Source: a virus. Taken from it: DNA of 64,000 nucleotides. The notes below the pieces were generated by a model. The model saw only the letters and a list, made by a program, of their open reading frames with translations. It was not told the origin of the DNA and made no database searches. The first letter of the stretch is position 1. The number at the start of each line of letters is the position of its first letter. Below are positions 16,030 through 26,300 of this stretch, piece after piece. The position numbers and the translations under genes were made by a program. Location of the stretch: IMG/VR virus record IMGVR_UViG_3300031539_000002; one strand, 5' to 3'.

Positions 16030-18840
16030 ATGAAGAAGGACAAACAGCTACCCGGAACCTTCCCAGGGCACCGCTACTGGAAGGCCATCCAAGGGTCGGT
16101 AAACGCGATCCTTGCCCCGATGGGGATCAAGAGGCGCGTGGTGTCGAGGGGCACGCAGTTCGTGAACTACGACGCCTGGACGTGGACTGCTTTTACCGAA
16201 TTTCTGTGTGACGACCTCTCGAAACACCCTACTCGAGGGCCTACCCGAAGCGAGCTCAAAGAGATCCTCCGGCGCACCAACTCAGTCAAGTGCAGTGATC
16301 CTTACATCCAAGTGGCCAAGATGCCCGAGCGCGTAAATCACCGGGTCGCGCTCGCCATCATCGGAGGCGGTTACCACGAAGCGTGGCACACGAAGTACTC
16401 CAAGCGAGATCGGATGCGCCTGTCGGAGGTCCACGACATCGTGGATATGATCGATGAAGTCGCGCTCGCTGGTGGCAAGTTTGACGAAAAGATGCGCGGC
16501 CTTTTGATGACGGTGCATCACCTGGTCGAAGACATCCGAATCGAGCGTTGCGGCAACGAGGATTTCCCCGGTGCCGCTCAGCCGATGCGAGACCTTCAAG
16601 ACTTCATCCTCGACCTTGAGTCTCGAGGCCGGGGCCGTGGTGCGAAGGTCAAGAACATCACCGTCTCGGGGAATGCGAGAAGCATCCTTCTGTGCGCCAT
16701 GCGGGATCTCGGCTTGGGCTACAACACCCACAAGGCTCGGGAGATGATCGCGTACTACAAGCAGGCTGCACCGGGTGCCGTTGCTTTGCTTGCGCCCGGT
16801 GGGTTGCTTGCTCCGATGCTCCACGAGTCCACGGTGCTCAAGGCCGACGACAAGATGGGGAGTCTGCGGGTCGCCATGAAGATCGTTGTCGCTTTGTGGC
16901 GCGCAACTCAAGGTGAATCTCAGGACGAAGAACAGCCCAAGATGTCATGCCCGCAGTGCGGGGCAACAGCGAAAAACCTCATCATCCGTTCGGTTCGCAA
17001 CGAGAAGGGGCAGAAAATCCATGGCCGCGCTGAGATGGAGTGCAAGGCCTGCGGATTCAAACACGAGTTCCCGCTGCCTGACCAGAGCCTGGACTTCGAT
17101 CAGAACCAGCCCGAGCCCGACGAAAATGAAGAACGTCCTGAGGTAGAGGACCTCTATCGAGAGGACGTGGATGGAAGCGATGGCTTCGGATACGACAACC
17201 GCGAGAAGGCTCGCGAGCAGCTCCGTAAGCAAGAGAAGCAAGAGAAGCAAGAGAAGCAAGAGTCCTCAAACGAAGGCACTGAAAATGAGGAGCCTTCTCA
17301 AGGCAGTGAGCCTCTCCCTTCCGATGAGGAAGTTCCGGGCGATGCGCCTGACGAAGATTTGGGTCTTGAAGACCTCGATCCGATGGAGCACTCCGAGGAA
17401 GAGGGGGCCGGCGACGACCAAGAGTCCTCCGAAGACAATCCGTCGGAAGACAATCCGTCGGAAGAGTCCGAAGGCGGCGACGGCGAAGAGGGGAACGAAT
17501 CACAGGACCCGCAGAACTCCCCCGACTCGCAAGATGACAGCGGTACGTCCGACGGAGAGGGCGATGAATCGTCCGCGGAGTCCCCGAAAACACGCCCCAC
17601 GATGCCTACTCCTGAAAAGGGAGAAGAGGATGCGGCTGCGTCCAGCGACGGTGAAGAAACGGGAACCGAAAGTGCCGAGGGCGACGACTGGGAGATGTCC
17701 GGCGAAGAACTCTTGGAGAGGTTGGAGCAACAGGGAGCTGGGGGCATCAACCTCGACCTTGGACAAGACCCCGACAGTTTCCTCAAGCAGGCTGCGGATG
17801 TGATGGACGGGGATGAGTCCGATGGCCGCATGGATGGCATCAAGGCGCTCGAGGAAGTGTTTGCAGCTCACGCGAAGTTGCAGATGCGAGACCTTCAACG
17901 CGGAGAGATGGTGTGGAACCCCTATGACCCGATGCTCGACGAAGCGCGCGTCGTTCGCTCAAGCCACAAGGACGCGGACCTCAAAACGGCCAATGAGATG
18001 CTCGGTGAGGTTCGGGGGACCGTCACCTATCTACGATCACGCCTACGCATGATTGTACGGGCGCAGGAGATGACCGACACCGTCCACGGGATTCGTCGAG
18101 GTCCCAAGCTCAGCCCACGGATGCTTGTGGACACGTCCATCTCCCTGCGATCTGAGCAGAAACCTGCGCGAGCGTTCCAAGTCACGGACACGCAGACAGA
18201 TACGAGCTTCGCGCTCGCCATGTGTCTCGACCAATCGGGGTCCATGTGGAGCATCGCTCGGGAAGTGGCACAGTGCATGATGGTCATGGCCGATGCTGTC
18301 GAAGGCATCAGCGGCAAAACGATGGCCTTCGGGTTTCGCAACGGAGACAACGGCGACTACAGAGGCACCTGGGACTACGAAGCCAAGTGGCATCGGGTCT
18401 GTGGTGTTCGCTACGACGTATTCAAAGTGTGGGAGGAGAAGTTCGTGAACTCCAAGTGGAGATTCGCCCATACGCAAGCCGGGGGGAGCACCCCGATGGC
18501 TGATGGCGTGCAGTTCGGAATCGCTGCTCTCAACGAACGTCGTGAAGGGCATCGTGTCTTGGCAGTCATCACGGACGGCATCCCCGACTCTCCTCACGAG
18601 CAAGTCATCGCTCGCCAGGTACGCCTTGCCAAAGCCGCCGGTATCCATGTCATCGGAGTTGGCATTGGAAGGGGTGCACGCTACGTCCAGAAGTTGTTCC
18701 CAGACTCCGTGTGGGCCGACTCCGTTGAGGAGTTGCCGAAGCCCTTGCTCAAGAAGCTCAACGAACTCTGCGATTTCCAAGGTCGTTACCGAGGACGCAA
18801 AGCGCGCCTCGACGGCAAGATCACCCGAAAGGTGTCCTAG
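16030..18840 (+). CDS. CobT-like protein: HExxH N-domain, zinc ribbon, acidic linker, C-terminal vWA
   Basis: HEAWH, VEDIRIER, CPQC…CKAC, D/E-rich linker, DQSGSM / GSTP / ITDG MIDAS; start taken at ATG 16030. Confidence 0.82.
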   Translation: MKKDKQLPGTFPGHRYWKAIQGSVNAILAPMGIKRRVVSRGTQFVNYDAWTWTAFTEFLCDDLSKHPTRGPTRSELKEILRRTNSVKCSDPYIQVAKMPERVNHRVALAIIGGGYHEAWHTKYSKRDRMRLSEVHDIVDMIDEVALAGGKFDEKMRGLLMTVHHLVEDIRIERCGNEDFPGAAQPMRDLQDFILDLESRGRGRGAKVKNITVSGNARSILLCAMRDLGLGYNTHKAREMIAYYKQAAPGAVALLAPGGLLAPMLHESTVLKADDKMGSLRVAMKIVVALWRATQGESQDEEQPKMSCPQCGATAKNLIIRSVRNEKGQKIHGRAEMECKACGFKHEFPLPDQSLDFDQNQPEPDENEERPEVEDLYREDVDGSDGFGYDNREKAREQLRKQEKQEKQEKQESSNEGTENEEPSQGSEPLPSDEEVPGDAPDEDLGLEDLDPMEHSEEEGAGDDQESSEDNPSEDNPSEESEGGDGEEGNESQDPQNSPDSQDDSGTSDGEGDESSAESPKTRPTMPTPEKGEEDAAASSDGEETGTESAEGDDWEMSGEELLERLEQQGAGGINLDLGQDPDSFLKQAADVMDGDESDGRMDGIKALEEVFAAHAKLQMRDLQRGEMVWNPYDPMLDEARVVRSSHKDADLKTANEMLGEVRGTVTYLRSRLRMIVRAQEMTDTVHGIRRGPKLSPRMLVDTSISLRSEQKPARAFQVTDTQTDTSFALAMCLDQSGSMWSIAREVAQCMMVMADAVEGISGKTMAFGFRNGDNGDYRGTWDYEAKWHRVCGVRYDVFKVWEEKFVNSKWRFAHTQAGGSTPMADGVQFGIAALNERREGHRVLAVITDGIPDSPHEQVIARQVRLAKAAGIHVIGVGIGRGARYVQKLFPDSVWADSVEELPKPLLKKLNELCDFQGRYRGRKARLDGKITRKVS
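17227..17262 (+). repeat. In-frame 9-bp tandem repeat (AAGCAAGAG)x4
   Basis: Read directly; encodes (KQE)4 in the CobT-like linker. Confidence 0.9.
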
Positions 18841-18842
18841 AC

Positions 18843-19163
18843 TTGGCAGCATCCAAGAAACCACCGCCTGACACGGTGGAGAATGTCCTTGGTCGCATCA
18901 GTGCTCTCAAACAGACTGCGCGACAGAGCGCCTCGATGGATGCCAAAGAAGGTGCGGATAAGATGTCCGCGCTCGGCAAGCACATGAAAGCGATCGAGCC
19001 CGCGCTCAAGAAGCTCCAGCGGCGCCTTGAGCAGGCTCGCAAACTGACACCGCCGAAACCAAAACCCGAAGCCTCGAGCAAGAAAGCGCGCAAGCGAGCG
19101 AAGGAAACGCCGAAGGACGAAGAAACCGACGACGATTTTCTCTCGAAACTCGACTCTCTGTGA
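18843..19163 (+). CDS. Hypothetical Lys-rich coiled-coil protein
   Basis: ORF starts immediately after the CobT-like stop. Confidence 0.65.
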   Translation: MAASKKPPPDTVENVLGRISALKQTARQSASMDAKEGADKMSALGKHMKAIEPALKKLQRRLEQARKLTPPKPKPEASSKKARKRAKETPKDEETDDDFLSKLDSL

Positions 19164-19185
19164 AGCCGCGTTACGCTTAACTTTG

Positions 19186-19569
19186 ATGGGAATGCCCCGT
19201 AAGGGATCACGTCGAGCCGAAATTGGAAACCATCTCTACCTCTGGCGCGTCAGGAAGGCGGCCTCGTTCTCTCCTCTGGGGAGATCGAAAGGCCTGCACT
19301 TTGTTTTGATGGTGCAGCGAGAGACAGAGCACTTCACCAGGCCGGGCAGCGTTGCGCTGTTCCATCTTGAGTCCCGATCGCCGTGGTTCAAGATGATGCC
19401 CCTGGAAGGTGACAAACCGGGGACCAACGTCTCAAGCACTGATGTACGCGAACTCGTGGAGTTTGCCTTGGACCAAGGCTGGCAGCCTGAGGATCGAGGG
19501 CCGCCTTTTTGGGTGCCCTCAGACGAAGGACCAGAGCTCGTGAAGTTCAACCTCGCATCTGCGGCCTGA
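19186..19569 (+). CDS. Hypothetical protein, paralogue 1 of a tandem pair
   Basis: MGMPRKGSR…WRVR…V…ALDQGWQP…G..F. Confidence 0.75.
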   Translation: MGMPRKGSRRAEIGNHLYLWRVRKAASFSPLGRSKGLHFVLMVQRETEHFTRPGSVALFHLESRSPWFKMMPLEGDKPGTNVSSTDVRELVEFALDQGWQPEDRGPPFWVPSDEGPELVKFNLASAA

Positions 19570-19587
19570 GCTGGGTAGAGTCCCGGC

Positions 19588-19965
19588 ATGGGAATGCCAC
19601 GCAAAGGCTCGCGGAAGATCGAAGTCAACGGTGAGCAGTTCTTGTGGCGCGTTCGTGGAGATGCCTACTCCAAGCAGTGGGTCAGCGGTCTGTCTCCCAT
19701 CCATCTGACGCTCACTTGTCAGCGTGATGAAGAACGCCCTGGCTGTGTTATGCAGGCGACGTTGAGAACCCTCAACCCTCCTGATGGAGATCCCGACATC
19801 GCGGAGGGGCACCGAGCCACGCTGCACCCTTCGGAGGTGAAGCAGATCATCGCTCATGCTGTGTCCAAAGGATGGGACCCGTCTGAGCGCGGGTCTGCAT
19901 TCCAGCTTCGACCACTGCACAAGCAACCGCTCCCTGACCAGTACGAAATCGTGGAGCCGATCTGA
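19588..19965 (+). CDS. Hypothetical protein, paralogue 2 of a tandem pair
   Basis: MGMPRKGSR…WRVR…V…AVSKGWDP…G..F. Confidence 0.78.
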   Translation: MGMPRKGSRKIEVNGEQFLWRVRGDAYSKQWVSGLSPIHLTLTCQRDEERPGCVMQATLRTLNPPDGDPDIAEGHRATLHPSEVKQIIAHAVSKGWDPSERGSAFQLRPLHKQPLPDQYEIVEPI

Positions 19966-20189
19966 TGGCAACTCAAGAAGCACAGGCGTTCCTAGAGAAG
20001 TGGATCTCGAAGATCAACATTGAAGAACAGCTCCTCGATGTCATGGTCATGGAAGGTGTCCCGCTCAAGCACCCGCGCACCGGAAAGTGGCACGACCGAA
20101 GCGGGCTTGGGTTCGATACCTACGATGATCTCGTGAAGTACGGCGACGCGTTCATCTTCAACGATGAGCGTCCGTTTGAACTTCGGTAG
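19965..20189 (+). CDS. Hypothetical protein
   Basis: TGATG coupling to the upstream gene. Confidence 0.65.
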   Translation: MATQEAQAFLEKWISKINIEEQLLDVMVMEGVPLKHPRTGKWHDRSGLGFDTYDDLVKYGDAFIFNDERPFELR

Positions 20190-20301
20190 GGATCAGTCCT
20201 TCGCAGCCCAATTCGTCCTCTCCCCCCCGTCTGCGTGGGAGATTGAGGGCGCGGAGAACCCGCGTGTGTAAAATGTTCAGAGGCTCCGTACCTCCCTTGA
20301 G

Positions 20302-20547
20302 ATGCCCCAGTCCCCTCTGATCCGCTACGCCCACCTGACCCCGGTGGGGCGTCCCATGCTGGCTGAACTCCGAGACGAAGGACCGATGGACGAGGAGCGG
20401 CTACAGGACGCTCTCATGTTCGACGAGGGCCAGTACGAAAACGCCTTGAACGAACTCACGACGCACGGCCTCGTGATCCGCAAGGACGATGGCGTAGAGA
20501 TCACCGGCGCCGGCATACGCGTGGTGGACGAGGAGCGCAACAACTGA
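20302..20547 (+). CDS. Small winged-helix-like protein
   Basis: ALNELTTHGLVIRKDDGVEITGAG wing pattern. Confidence 0.6.
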   Translation: MPQSPLIRYAHLTPVGRPMLAELRDEGPMDEERLQDALMFDEGQYENALNELTTHGLVIRKDDGVEITGAGIRVVDEERNN

Positions 20548-21695
20548 TGCTCAGGACTCCGAAACTCCATTTCGATTTCGTTCGGGGACAGATCCCGGAG
20601 ATCGAAGAGTTCCATCGCATGATGATGAGGGAGCACGAATCGCTCACCGACGACGAACTGCGGCATGGTCTTTTGTCGCCTCTCGCCCAACAGATTGTTG
20701 GCTCACCCAAGTACATGAGCTACCAGATGATGCTGTACGACCGCTTCGGTCAGAACAGCTACGTCGTGGGGCCGCGCGTGCAGGACCTTTTTCGACGAAC
20801 GGATTTGTCGAAGATCACTCCCGACATGGTGGTTGATCCGCAGACGAGTTTCTACATCGCGCTCCCCGATTGCCCGTGGAAGATCTGGGGTGGTGACAGG
20901 ACGCAGTGGCACAACCTCCAGGGCATCTACGTCGGGTTCGTTGATTCGGTGGACAGCGGGCACGCTGCGCCTCGCGACCTTTCCACGATCTCGTTGAAGA
21001 AGCTCATGGATGAGCGCGAGAAGTGCATTCAGATCTTGTTGTGGGGTGGCGCGAACGAGCGGTCCCTTGCACCCACTGACGACGCGATGCTCTGGTTCGC
21101 CATCAACTTGGACAAGTGGGTCCGTGAAGGCGAGGACATCGAGACGTTTTTCCGTCAGAACGCGGTCATGACTGCGGACCGGAAAAACGATGGCCAGTGG
21201 GACGGCGAACTCGATCCCCTTGACCCGTTCGCGGCGCCTTTGATGCCCGGCGACCCGGCGGACGTGACCACGCAGCGAGAGACTATCGTGAATGCGGTAC
21301 GACTGATCTTGAACCTGTGTCTCTACATGGGTTCCGACGATCCTGAGTTTGAAACGGTGGACAACAAGGACGAGGTCGAGAAAATCAAGAAACAGATCGA
21401 GCGCAAGAAAACAGGAGGCAAGCGCAAGAAGCTCGAGCGCCGCTTGGCCAATCTTCCGCGCACGAAGATGGTCTACGTGGGCCCCCTGTTTGAGCAGCTC
21501 GACAAGAAGACTCGGGAACAGAACCGAAGTTCCGGCGGTACCCATGCCACGCCCATCGAACACGCCGTGCCGCCACACTGGCAGCACTATTGGGTAGGGT
21601 CAGCCGAGGACCGGCGAAAGATCCTGCGCCACAAAGGCATGTATCGCCGTGGCACTGGGAAGCCCGACCGAACCATCGTGAAAATCCGCGAGTAG
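20547..21695 (+). CDS. Hypothetical phage protein
   Basis: 382-aa ORF, TGATG-coupled; C-terminal HAVPPHWQHYW motif. Confidence 0.75.
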   Translation: MLRTPKLHFDFVRGQIPEIEEFHRMMMREHESLTDDELRHGLLSPLAQQIVGSPKYMSYQMMLYDRFGQNSYVVGPRVQDLFRRTDLSKITPDMVVDPQTSFYIALPDCPWKIWGGDRTQWHNLQGIYVGFVDSVDSGHAAPRDLSTISLKKLMDEREKCIQILLWGGANERSLAPTDDAMLWFAINLDKWVREGEDIETFFRQNAVMTADRKNDGQWDGELDPLDPFAAPLMPGDPADVTTQRETIVNAVRLILNLCLYMGSDDPEFETVDNKDEVEKIKKQIERKKTGGKRKKLERRLANLPRTKMVYVGPLFEQLDKKTREQNRSSGGTHATPIEHAVPPHWQHYWVGSAEDRRKILRHKGMYRRGTGKPDRTIVKIRE

Positions 21696-22556
21696 ATGCT
21701 CGGTTCCAGATACATGACATCGAACACTTCCAGCCCCGTTGTCCTCGAGCAGGCCCGCCTTCGCAAAGCCGAGCAGGCGATGGACGTGTACTGCACCGAC
21801 CTCGCGGATGTGTGCGGTCGCCCGGAGCGTGACGAGCTCACGGCCAAGATCTACAAGGCTGCGCGTGAAGCTCGGAACCCGGACGAGAAGGTCGAGGACT
21901 CCGAGACTCCGAGCTGGGTCTCCGAGGCGGGTCGCGGGCTCGTGCCTCTCGCAGCGAAGGTGAAATGGAACACGCGGAACCGCATCGACAATGTGCTCCG
22001 GTACGACAAACAAGAGGAGAGGAAAGAGTTGGAGGCAGAGGCGGCCGAGGAAACACCTGCGCGGACCTCAGAGAGTTACGAGTTCTTGGCCCAACACTCG
22101 TTGATGATGGCGATGCTGGAAATAGCGGACCCCGCTGACCAAGACGCACGACGATGCTTGGCGCGGGCTGAGGAGTTCTTCGACCCCCACACTCCCCGCC
22201 CACAAGACCGCCAGAACCTCGCGGTCTGCCTGCTCGACTTTGCGTTCGTGCGCATCGATGAGTTCAAACTCGAGCCGAAGGTCACCGCGATCAAGAAGGC
22301 GCCCTTTCCCGGCCCTGTGCTCATCCCGCCTCACGAGGTGGGCCTGATGGAAAGTCAGATGATGCTCGGACGCACCATTCGATGGGGAGGGACTGCCCTG
22401 TGTCTGATGGGCCTCGTCCTCACCAAGGCGGTGTGGCTCATCCCCATGCTTTTGGTGGCCCATCTCATGGCGTGGGTGCTCATCGACAAGAAGGCCATCG
22501 AACGAAGAATAGCCCTCGAGGAAGCTTCTAAACAGAAGGCCCTCGAGGGCGACTGA
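21696..22556 (+). CDS. Hypothetical protein with C-terminal transmembrane hairpin
   Basis: Two hydrophobic segments near the C-terminus; exact start uncertain. Confidence 0.7.
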   Translation: MLGSRYMTSNTSSPVVLEQARLRKAEQAMDVYCTDLADVCGRPERDELTAKIYKAAREARNPDEKVEDSETPSWVSEAGRGLVPLAAKVKWNTRNRIDNVLRYDKQEERKELEAEAAEETPARTSESYEFLAQHSLMMAMLEIADPADQDARRCLARAEEFFDPHTPRPQDRQNLAVCLLDFAFVRIDEFKLEPKVTAIKKAPFPGPVLIPPHEVGLMESQMMLGRTIRWGGTALCLMGLVLTKAVWLIPMLLVAHLMAWVLIDKKAIERRIALEEASKQKALEGD

Positions 22557-22557
22557 C

Positions 22558-22767
22558 CTACCACCAGATCCAGGGCAGGTAGCGACGGAACGGGATGGGG
22601 TCTTTGCCGGCACGGACGCGGAGTTTGTTGCGGCGTCGGTCTCGGCGGTTGTACTCACGACGTGTCACGGACGAGCCGTGCTTGAGCCACCAGCGGTACT
22701 TCCAGTAGGGGTACTCCTTGTGGCCGGTGAAGTCGTTTTGGATTTTGACGTTGTAGGTGCGTGACAT
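22558..22767 (-). CDS. Small basic, aromatic-rich hypothetical protein
   Basis: 69-aa ORF filling the gap between genes. Confidence 0.5.
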   Translation of the reverse strand: MSRTYNVKIQNDFTGHKEYPYWKYRWWLKHGSSVTRREYNRRDRRRNKLRVRAGKDPIPFRRYLPWIWW

Positions 22768-23154
22768 TGCTAATATGTCATCGGCGCACCCTCCTTCCGC
22801 TGCTCCCGAGCTCGGGGCAGTTCTTCAAGATAGGGGAGCTGGGCTTGGGGTACAAGTTCCAGATGGACCGCTGCCCTCCCAACCGTGTATGGCGAGACCA
22901 ATGCGACGAGACCCTGGCCTTCGTGGTCACCCACCCGGGCTGTACGGCCGAGGATGTGGGGGCTGAGATCTACCCGTGGCCCAACCCTCACGATGGGTAC
23001 CGCCTCCGAGCCCCTGAGAGGACGAGGACGGCTTTCGCCAGGCGGAGGCTCCTGACCCTCCTAGACGCCCGCGAAGTCCTCAGGAGCCGTGAGGACGGCC
23101 TGACGCGATGGCAGGCCGCTAACCCCGCATCGTGAAAAGCAGCCCCAGAAGCGC

Positions 23155-23186
23155 GGTATCTGGTCTATGGCGTCCCTCCAAGTGAG
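23155..23186 (+). promoter_or_regulatory. Candidate phage-specific promoter motif
   Basis: GGTATCTGGTCTAT-N13-GTGAG; related copies at 27516, 30787 and 27510 (minus strand). Confidence 0.5.
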
Positions 23187-23195
23187 AGTCGCACC

Positions 23196-24797
23196 ATGCG
23201 CAGAGCCGGAAGCGATCAGCACTACTTCACCGTTCGGGGCCGAGGGTTCGACCTCAAGGAATGGAGCCGCATCCTGTCCGTGGTGGAGGGGGTCGTTGAA
23301 GCTGCCAAGAAAAGTGGCTTTCAAGCGACGTTTAAGGGCAACGCATGGGAGCTCGTGGTGGGCGCCCCCGGTTCCCCAGACTTGAAAATCATCCGCAAGG
23401 GCGAGCCGAACATCCCCAAAGAGATTCGGACCGAGGGGATGTTCGATGTTGTCGTTCAAACTGTGCTCACAGCGATCAAGAAAATCGCGCCAGATATCTT
23501 CGAGATGACGAGCCCCGACGGTCGCGATTACCGACGCCTCCTCGCCAAAGCGCCCGTCCCTCGAGGCCAAGGTTCGTGGTCCCGTATGAAGCGGCTCGAC
23601 CACGCCCCCAAGACGAAGGAGGAAGCATTCCTTCGCGCCATGTCCAAACAGAAGTGGCGCCACTCTGAGACCGGCAATCAGGTCGAGTTCGTCAGTCTCC
23701 CGAAGAAAGAGCAGACGAAGCTCCGCCAGCGTTGGGAGCAAGAGTTTGGGGACCAGTATCAGCGTGCGCTCGAGAACGCCAAAGAAGAGTCCGAAGAAGC
23801 GCAGAAGGAGATGCAGGAGGCTGGTAAGGCGGTCACTCATCTCGACCGTGAGAAGGAAAAGGCCGAGGAAGCCCAAGGTCTCGAAGAGGCTTACGAGAAA
23901 ACCCTCCAAAAGATGGCGAACTGGCCTCAGGAGAGGCGAGAGGCAAGTACCATGAACGAGGACATCATCCGCAAAGCGGCCATTCGCGTGGCCAAAACGA
24001 CCGAAGACCCCGAGCTCAAGCGTGAGCTGCTTTCCATCCTGCGCCCGAGCGCAAGGTCGGCTAAGGGGGAAGGCACCCACGTCCAGGCCAAGGACGACAG
24101 TGAGAAGGAAAGCCGGTTCGAGGAAGGCAAGTCCGTGGACATCGGTACTTGGCTCAAAGACAACGGCTACGCCGACGCCGCCAAAAAGTGGGAGAAGCAT
24201 GAGGGAGAGATCGCAAAGAAGGCGAGCTCCGTGCTGTTCCCCGAGATGCACAAGCTCGCATGGCATCACGTCCTCGCTTTCGCCAAAGCCAACCCTGAGT
24301 CCAAAGTGGCTTCGGGTTCAACTGCGGAGCGCGTGACGGCTGCCGACACCCTGGCTCGCAAATGGATCGTGTCTGCCTCCGACAACGTCCACAAGTACGC
24401 CGAGGCTTCCGCAGAGGAGTTGGAGACAGCGATCTCCAAGGCCGCGAGCAATCGCGACACCGGTACCCTCTACACGCTCCAGTTCGCCAAGGCGCTTCGA
24501 GGGATGACCAAGAAGACCTCCGCTGACGATGCGTGGCTCAACGTGGAGAGCTTCACGAAGGCTGCGACCGAGGTGTGGGGCTCCGAGCACCTCGCCAAAG
24601 AGTGGATTCAGGAAGCCATCGAGCGTCCTGGCCGTGTCCGCAAGTACCTCGGGGTTCCTGAGGGCGAAGACATCGCATCAGGTAAGCTCGACTCCGCCAT
24701 CGAGAAGGTGAAGGGCACCGGCAACAAGAGCCTGCTTTCGGCTCTGCTGCTCGCCAAGCGCCTCAAGAAGATGCACAAGAACGCGGAAGCTGCGTAG
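23196..24797 (+). CDS. Modular charged protein (putative head-internal virion protein)
   Basis: Carries the shared ETGNxVxFxSLP module and an IRVA…PELKRELL helical hairpin. Confidence 0.75.
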   Translation: MRRAGSDQHYFTVRGRGFDLKEWSRILSVVEGVVEAAKKSGFQATFKGNAWELVVGAPGSPDLKIIRKGEPNIPKEIRTEGMFDVVVQTVLTAIKKIAPDIFEMTSPDGRDYRRLLAKAPVPRGQGSWSRMKRLDHAPKTKEEAFLRAMSKQKWRHSETGNQVEFVSLPKKEQTKLRQRWEQEFGDQYQRALENAKEESEEAQKEMQEAGKAVTHLDREKEKAEEAQGLEEAYEKTLQKMANWPQERREASTMNEDIIRKAAIRVAKTTEDPELKRELLSILRPSARSAKGEGTHVQAKDDSEKESRFEEGKSVDIGTWLKDNGYADAAKKWEKHEGEIAKKASSVLFPEMHKLAWHHVLAFAKANPESKVASGSTAERVTAADTLARKWIVSASDNVHKYAEASAEELETAISKAASNRDTGTLYTLQFAKALRGMTKKTSADDAWLNVESFTKAATEVWGSEHLAKEWIQEAIERPGRVRKYLGVPEGEDIASGKLDSAIEKVKGTGNKSLLSALLLAKRLKKMHKNAEAA

Positions 24798-24806
24798 GAC
24801 CGTTTG

Positions 24807-26291
24807 ATGGGTGCCGCCGGCAAAGAAGGGCCTCGAGCCCTCGGCGCCCGCAAATGGCGCGCCTCAGACCACGGTGCGGCACGGCATCGCCTCGCCCGTA
24901 TGGTCGAGTCGGAGCGCGTCGCCAAGTCCAAGAGCGACGAGTTCTACGACAAGGTTGAGGGTCAGCGGTTCCAGCACCCCGAGACAGGGAACCGGGTCTT
25001 GTTCTGGTCACTGCCCGACAAAGAGCAGAAGAAGATCCGTGAGCGGTACGACCAGGGTCAAGAGACGGGTGGCACGGAGAAAGCCAACCAGAAACCCACC
25101 AAGGCGCCGTCGGCTTTCGCTGACTGGCTTGGGTCGGTTGTAGGGGACCAAGGGAGTTCGGGCCGCCATCTCAAACGCAAGCTCAAGGGGCTCGCTGAGA
25201 AAGGCAAACTCGACGATGCCCAGCTCACCCAAGGGGGTGTGCGGGTCAAGTCTCTCGATGCGCTCGCTGAAAAAGCCGGCCACAAGCAGGGTGTTATCCC
25301 CCATCGCAACTACGCAGACGCCATGCGTGACGCGGGCAAATGGGACGACGACCAGCACAACAAGTTCATGACTGAGAATGCTCTTGGATCACCAGAGCAG
25401 ACGACGCACGACCGCGACAAGTCCAAAAAAGAGCGAGAAGAAGCGGCCGAGAAAAAACACGAAAACGAGAAGCGTGAGAAGGCGCAGACGCAGGACTCCA
25501 AGCATCAAAATGGGCTTGAAAATCAGCGACAAGACGACTGGCAAAAGAGCGACGAGCACAAGACCCGTCGCGAGCAACTTCAAAGAGCTCGGGACAGCTA
25601 CCACCGGCAGCTCAAGCAGGTTCCTCCGGGCGCAAGCCACGAGGACAAACGCAACCGACTCAAGCAGAAGCTCAAGCAGCTCGACCGCGAAGACAACACC
25701 AACCAAAAGGCGCCGAAGGATTGGAAACCGAAGCGTTGGGCTGCGGCGAAGGACCCCGGTGGAGACAAGTGGAAAGGGCCGTTGCCGAAGGGCTGGACGG
25801 ACGCGTCACGCAAGAAGTTTTGGGATTCCCTCACTTCCGCGGCTCCCAAGCACAAGGTGACCGAGTGCATCGAGAAGATGAAGGGCACGGACATCACAGA
25901 CCCCGGTGCTTTCTGTGCTTCCTTGGCCGACCGTGTCATCCCCGGATGGCGTGAAGAAGCGGCCAAGGATCGCAAGAAGAAGGCGCTCGAGGAACTGGAT
26001 GAGGTCATGGCGAACCTCAACCAACCGCTCAAAACGCGCCGAGACTACGGGAAGTTGCCTCCCGAAGAAAAAGACCCTGACAAGAAGCACTCAACTCTTC
26101 CTGGTGCTGACACGATGTCGGTTGGAGACCAAGAGACAGAGTCGCCGACCAAGCTGGCGGCCTCGGCTTGGATCTCCCGTGAAGAGATGGAACGCTTGTG
26201 TCCTCCGTGCGCTGAGAAGATGCGCAAGGCAGGGTTCAAGCGCGTTCGTGCCTCTACGGTAGAGCGGATGCTCCGACAGACCTCGGGGTAG
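24807..26291 (+). CDS. Modular charged protein (putative virion protein)
   Basis: HPETGNRVLFWSLP module; ECIEKM…DPGAFCASL and LCPPCA segments. Confidence 0.75.
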   Translation: MGAAGKEGPRALGARKWRASDHGAARHRLARMVESERVAKSKSDEFYDKVEGQRFQHPETGNRVLFWSLPDKEQKKIRERYDQGQETGGTEKANQKPTKAPSAFADWLGSVVGDQGSSGRHLKRKLKGLAEKGKLDDAQLTQGGVRVKSLDALAEKAGHKQGVIPHRNYADAMRDAGKWDDDQHNKFMTENALGSPEQTTHDRDKSKKEREEAAEKKHENEKREKAQTQDSKHQNGLENQRQDDWQKSDEHKTRREQLQRARDSYHRQLKQVPPGASHEDKRNRLKQKLKQLDREDNTNQKAPKDWKPKRWAAAKDPGGDKWKGPLPKGWTDASRKKFWDSLTSAAPKHKVTECIEKMKGTDITDPGAFCASLADRVIPGWREEAAKDRKKKALEELDEVMANLNQPLKTRRDYGKLPPEEKDPDKKHSTLPGADTMSVGDQETESPTKLAASAWISREEMERLCPPCAEKMRKAGFKRVRASTVERMLRQTSG

Positions 26292-26300
26292 GGTGTTCCC

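Noticed and set aside
14609-18840. CobS/CobT as cobalamin biosynthesis supporting the B12-dependent RNR
   Set aside because: No CobN or other cob genes; phage CobS/CobT-like pairs are general MoxR/vWA modules
20285-20295. 11-mer CTCCGTACCTC also present on the minus strand in the promoter spacer near 30623-30633
   Set aside because: Only two copies in different positional contexts; could be chance
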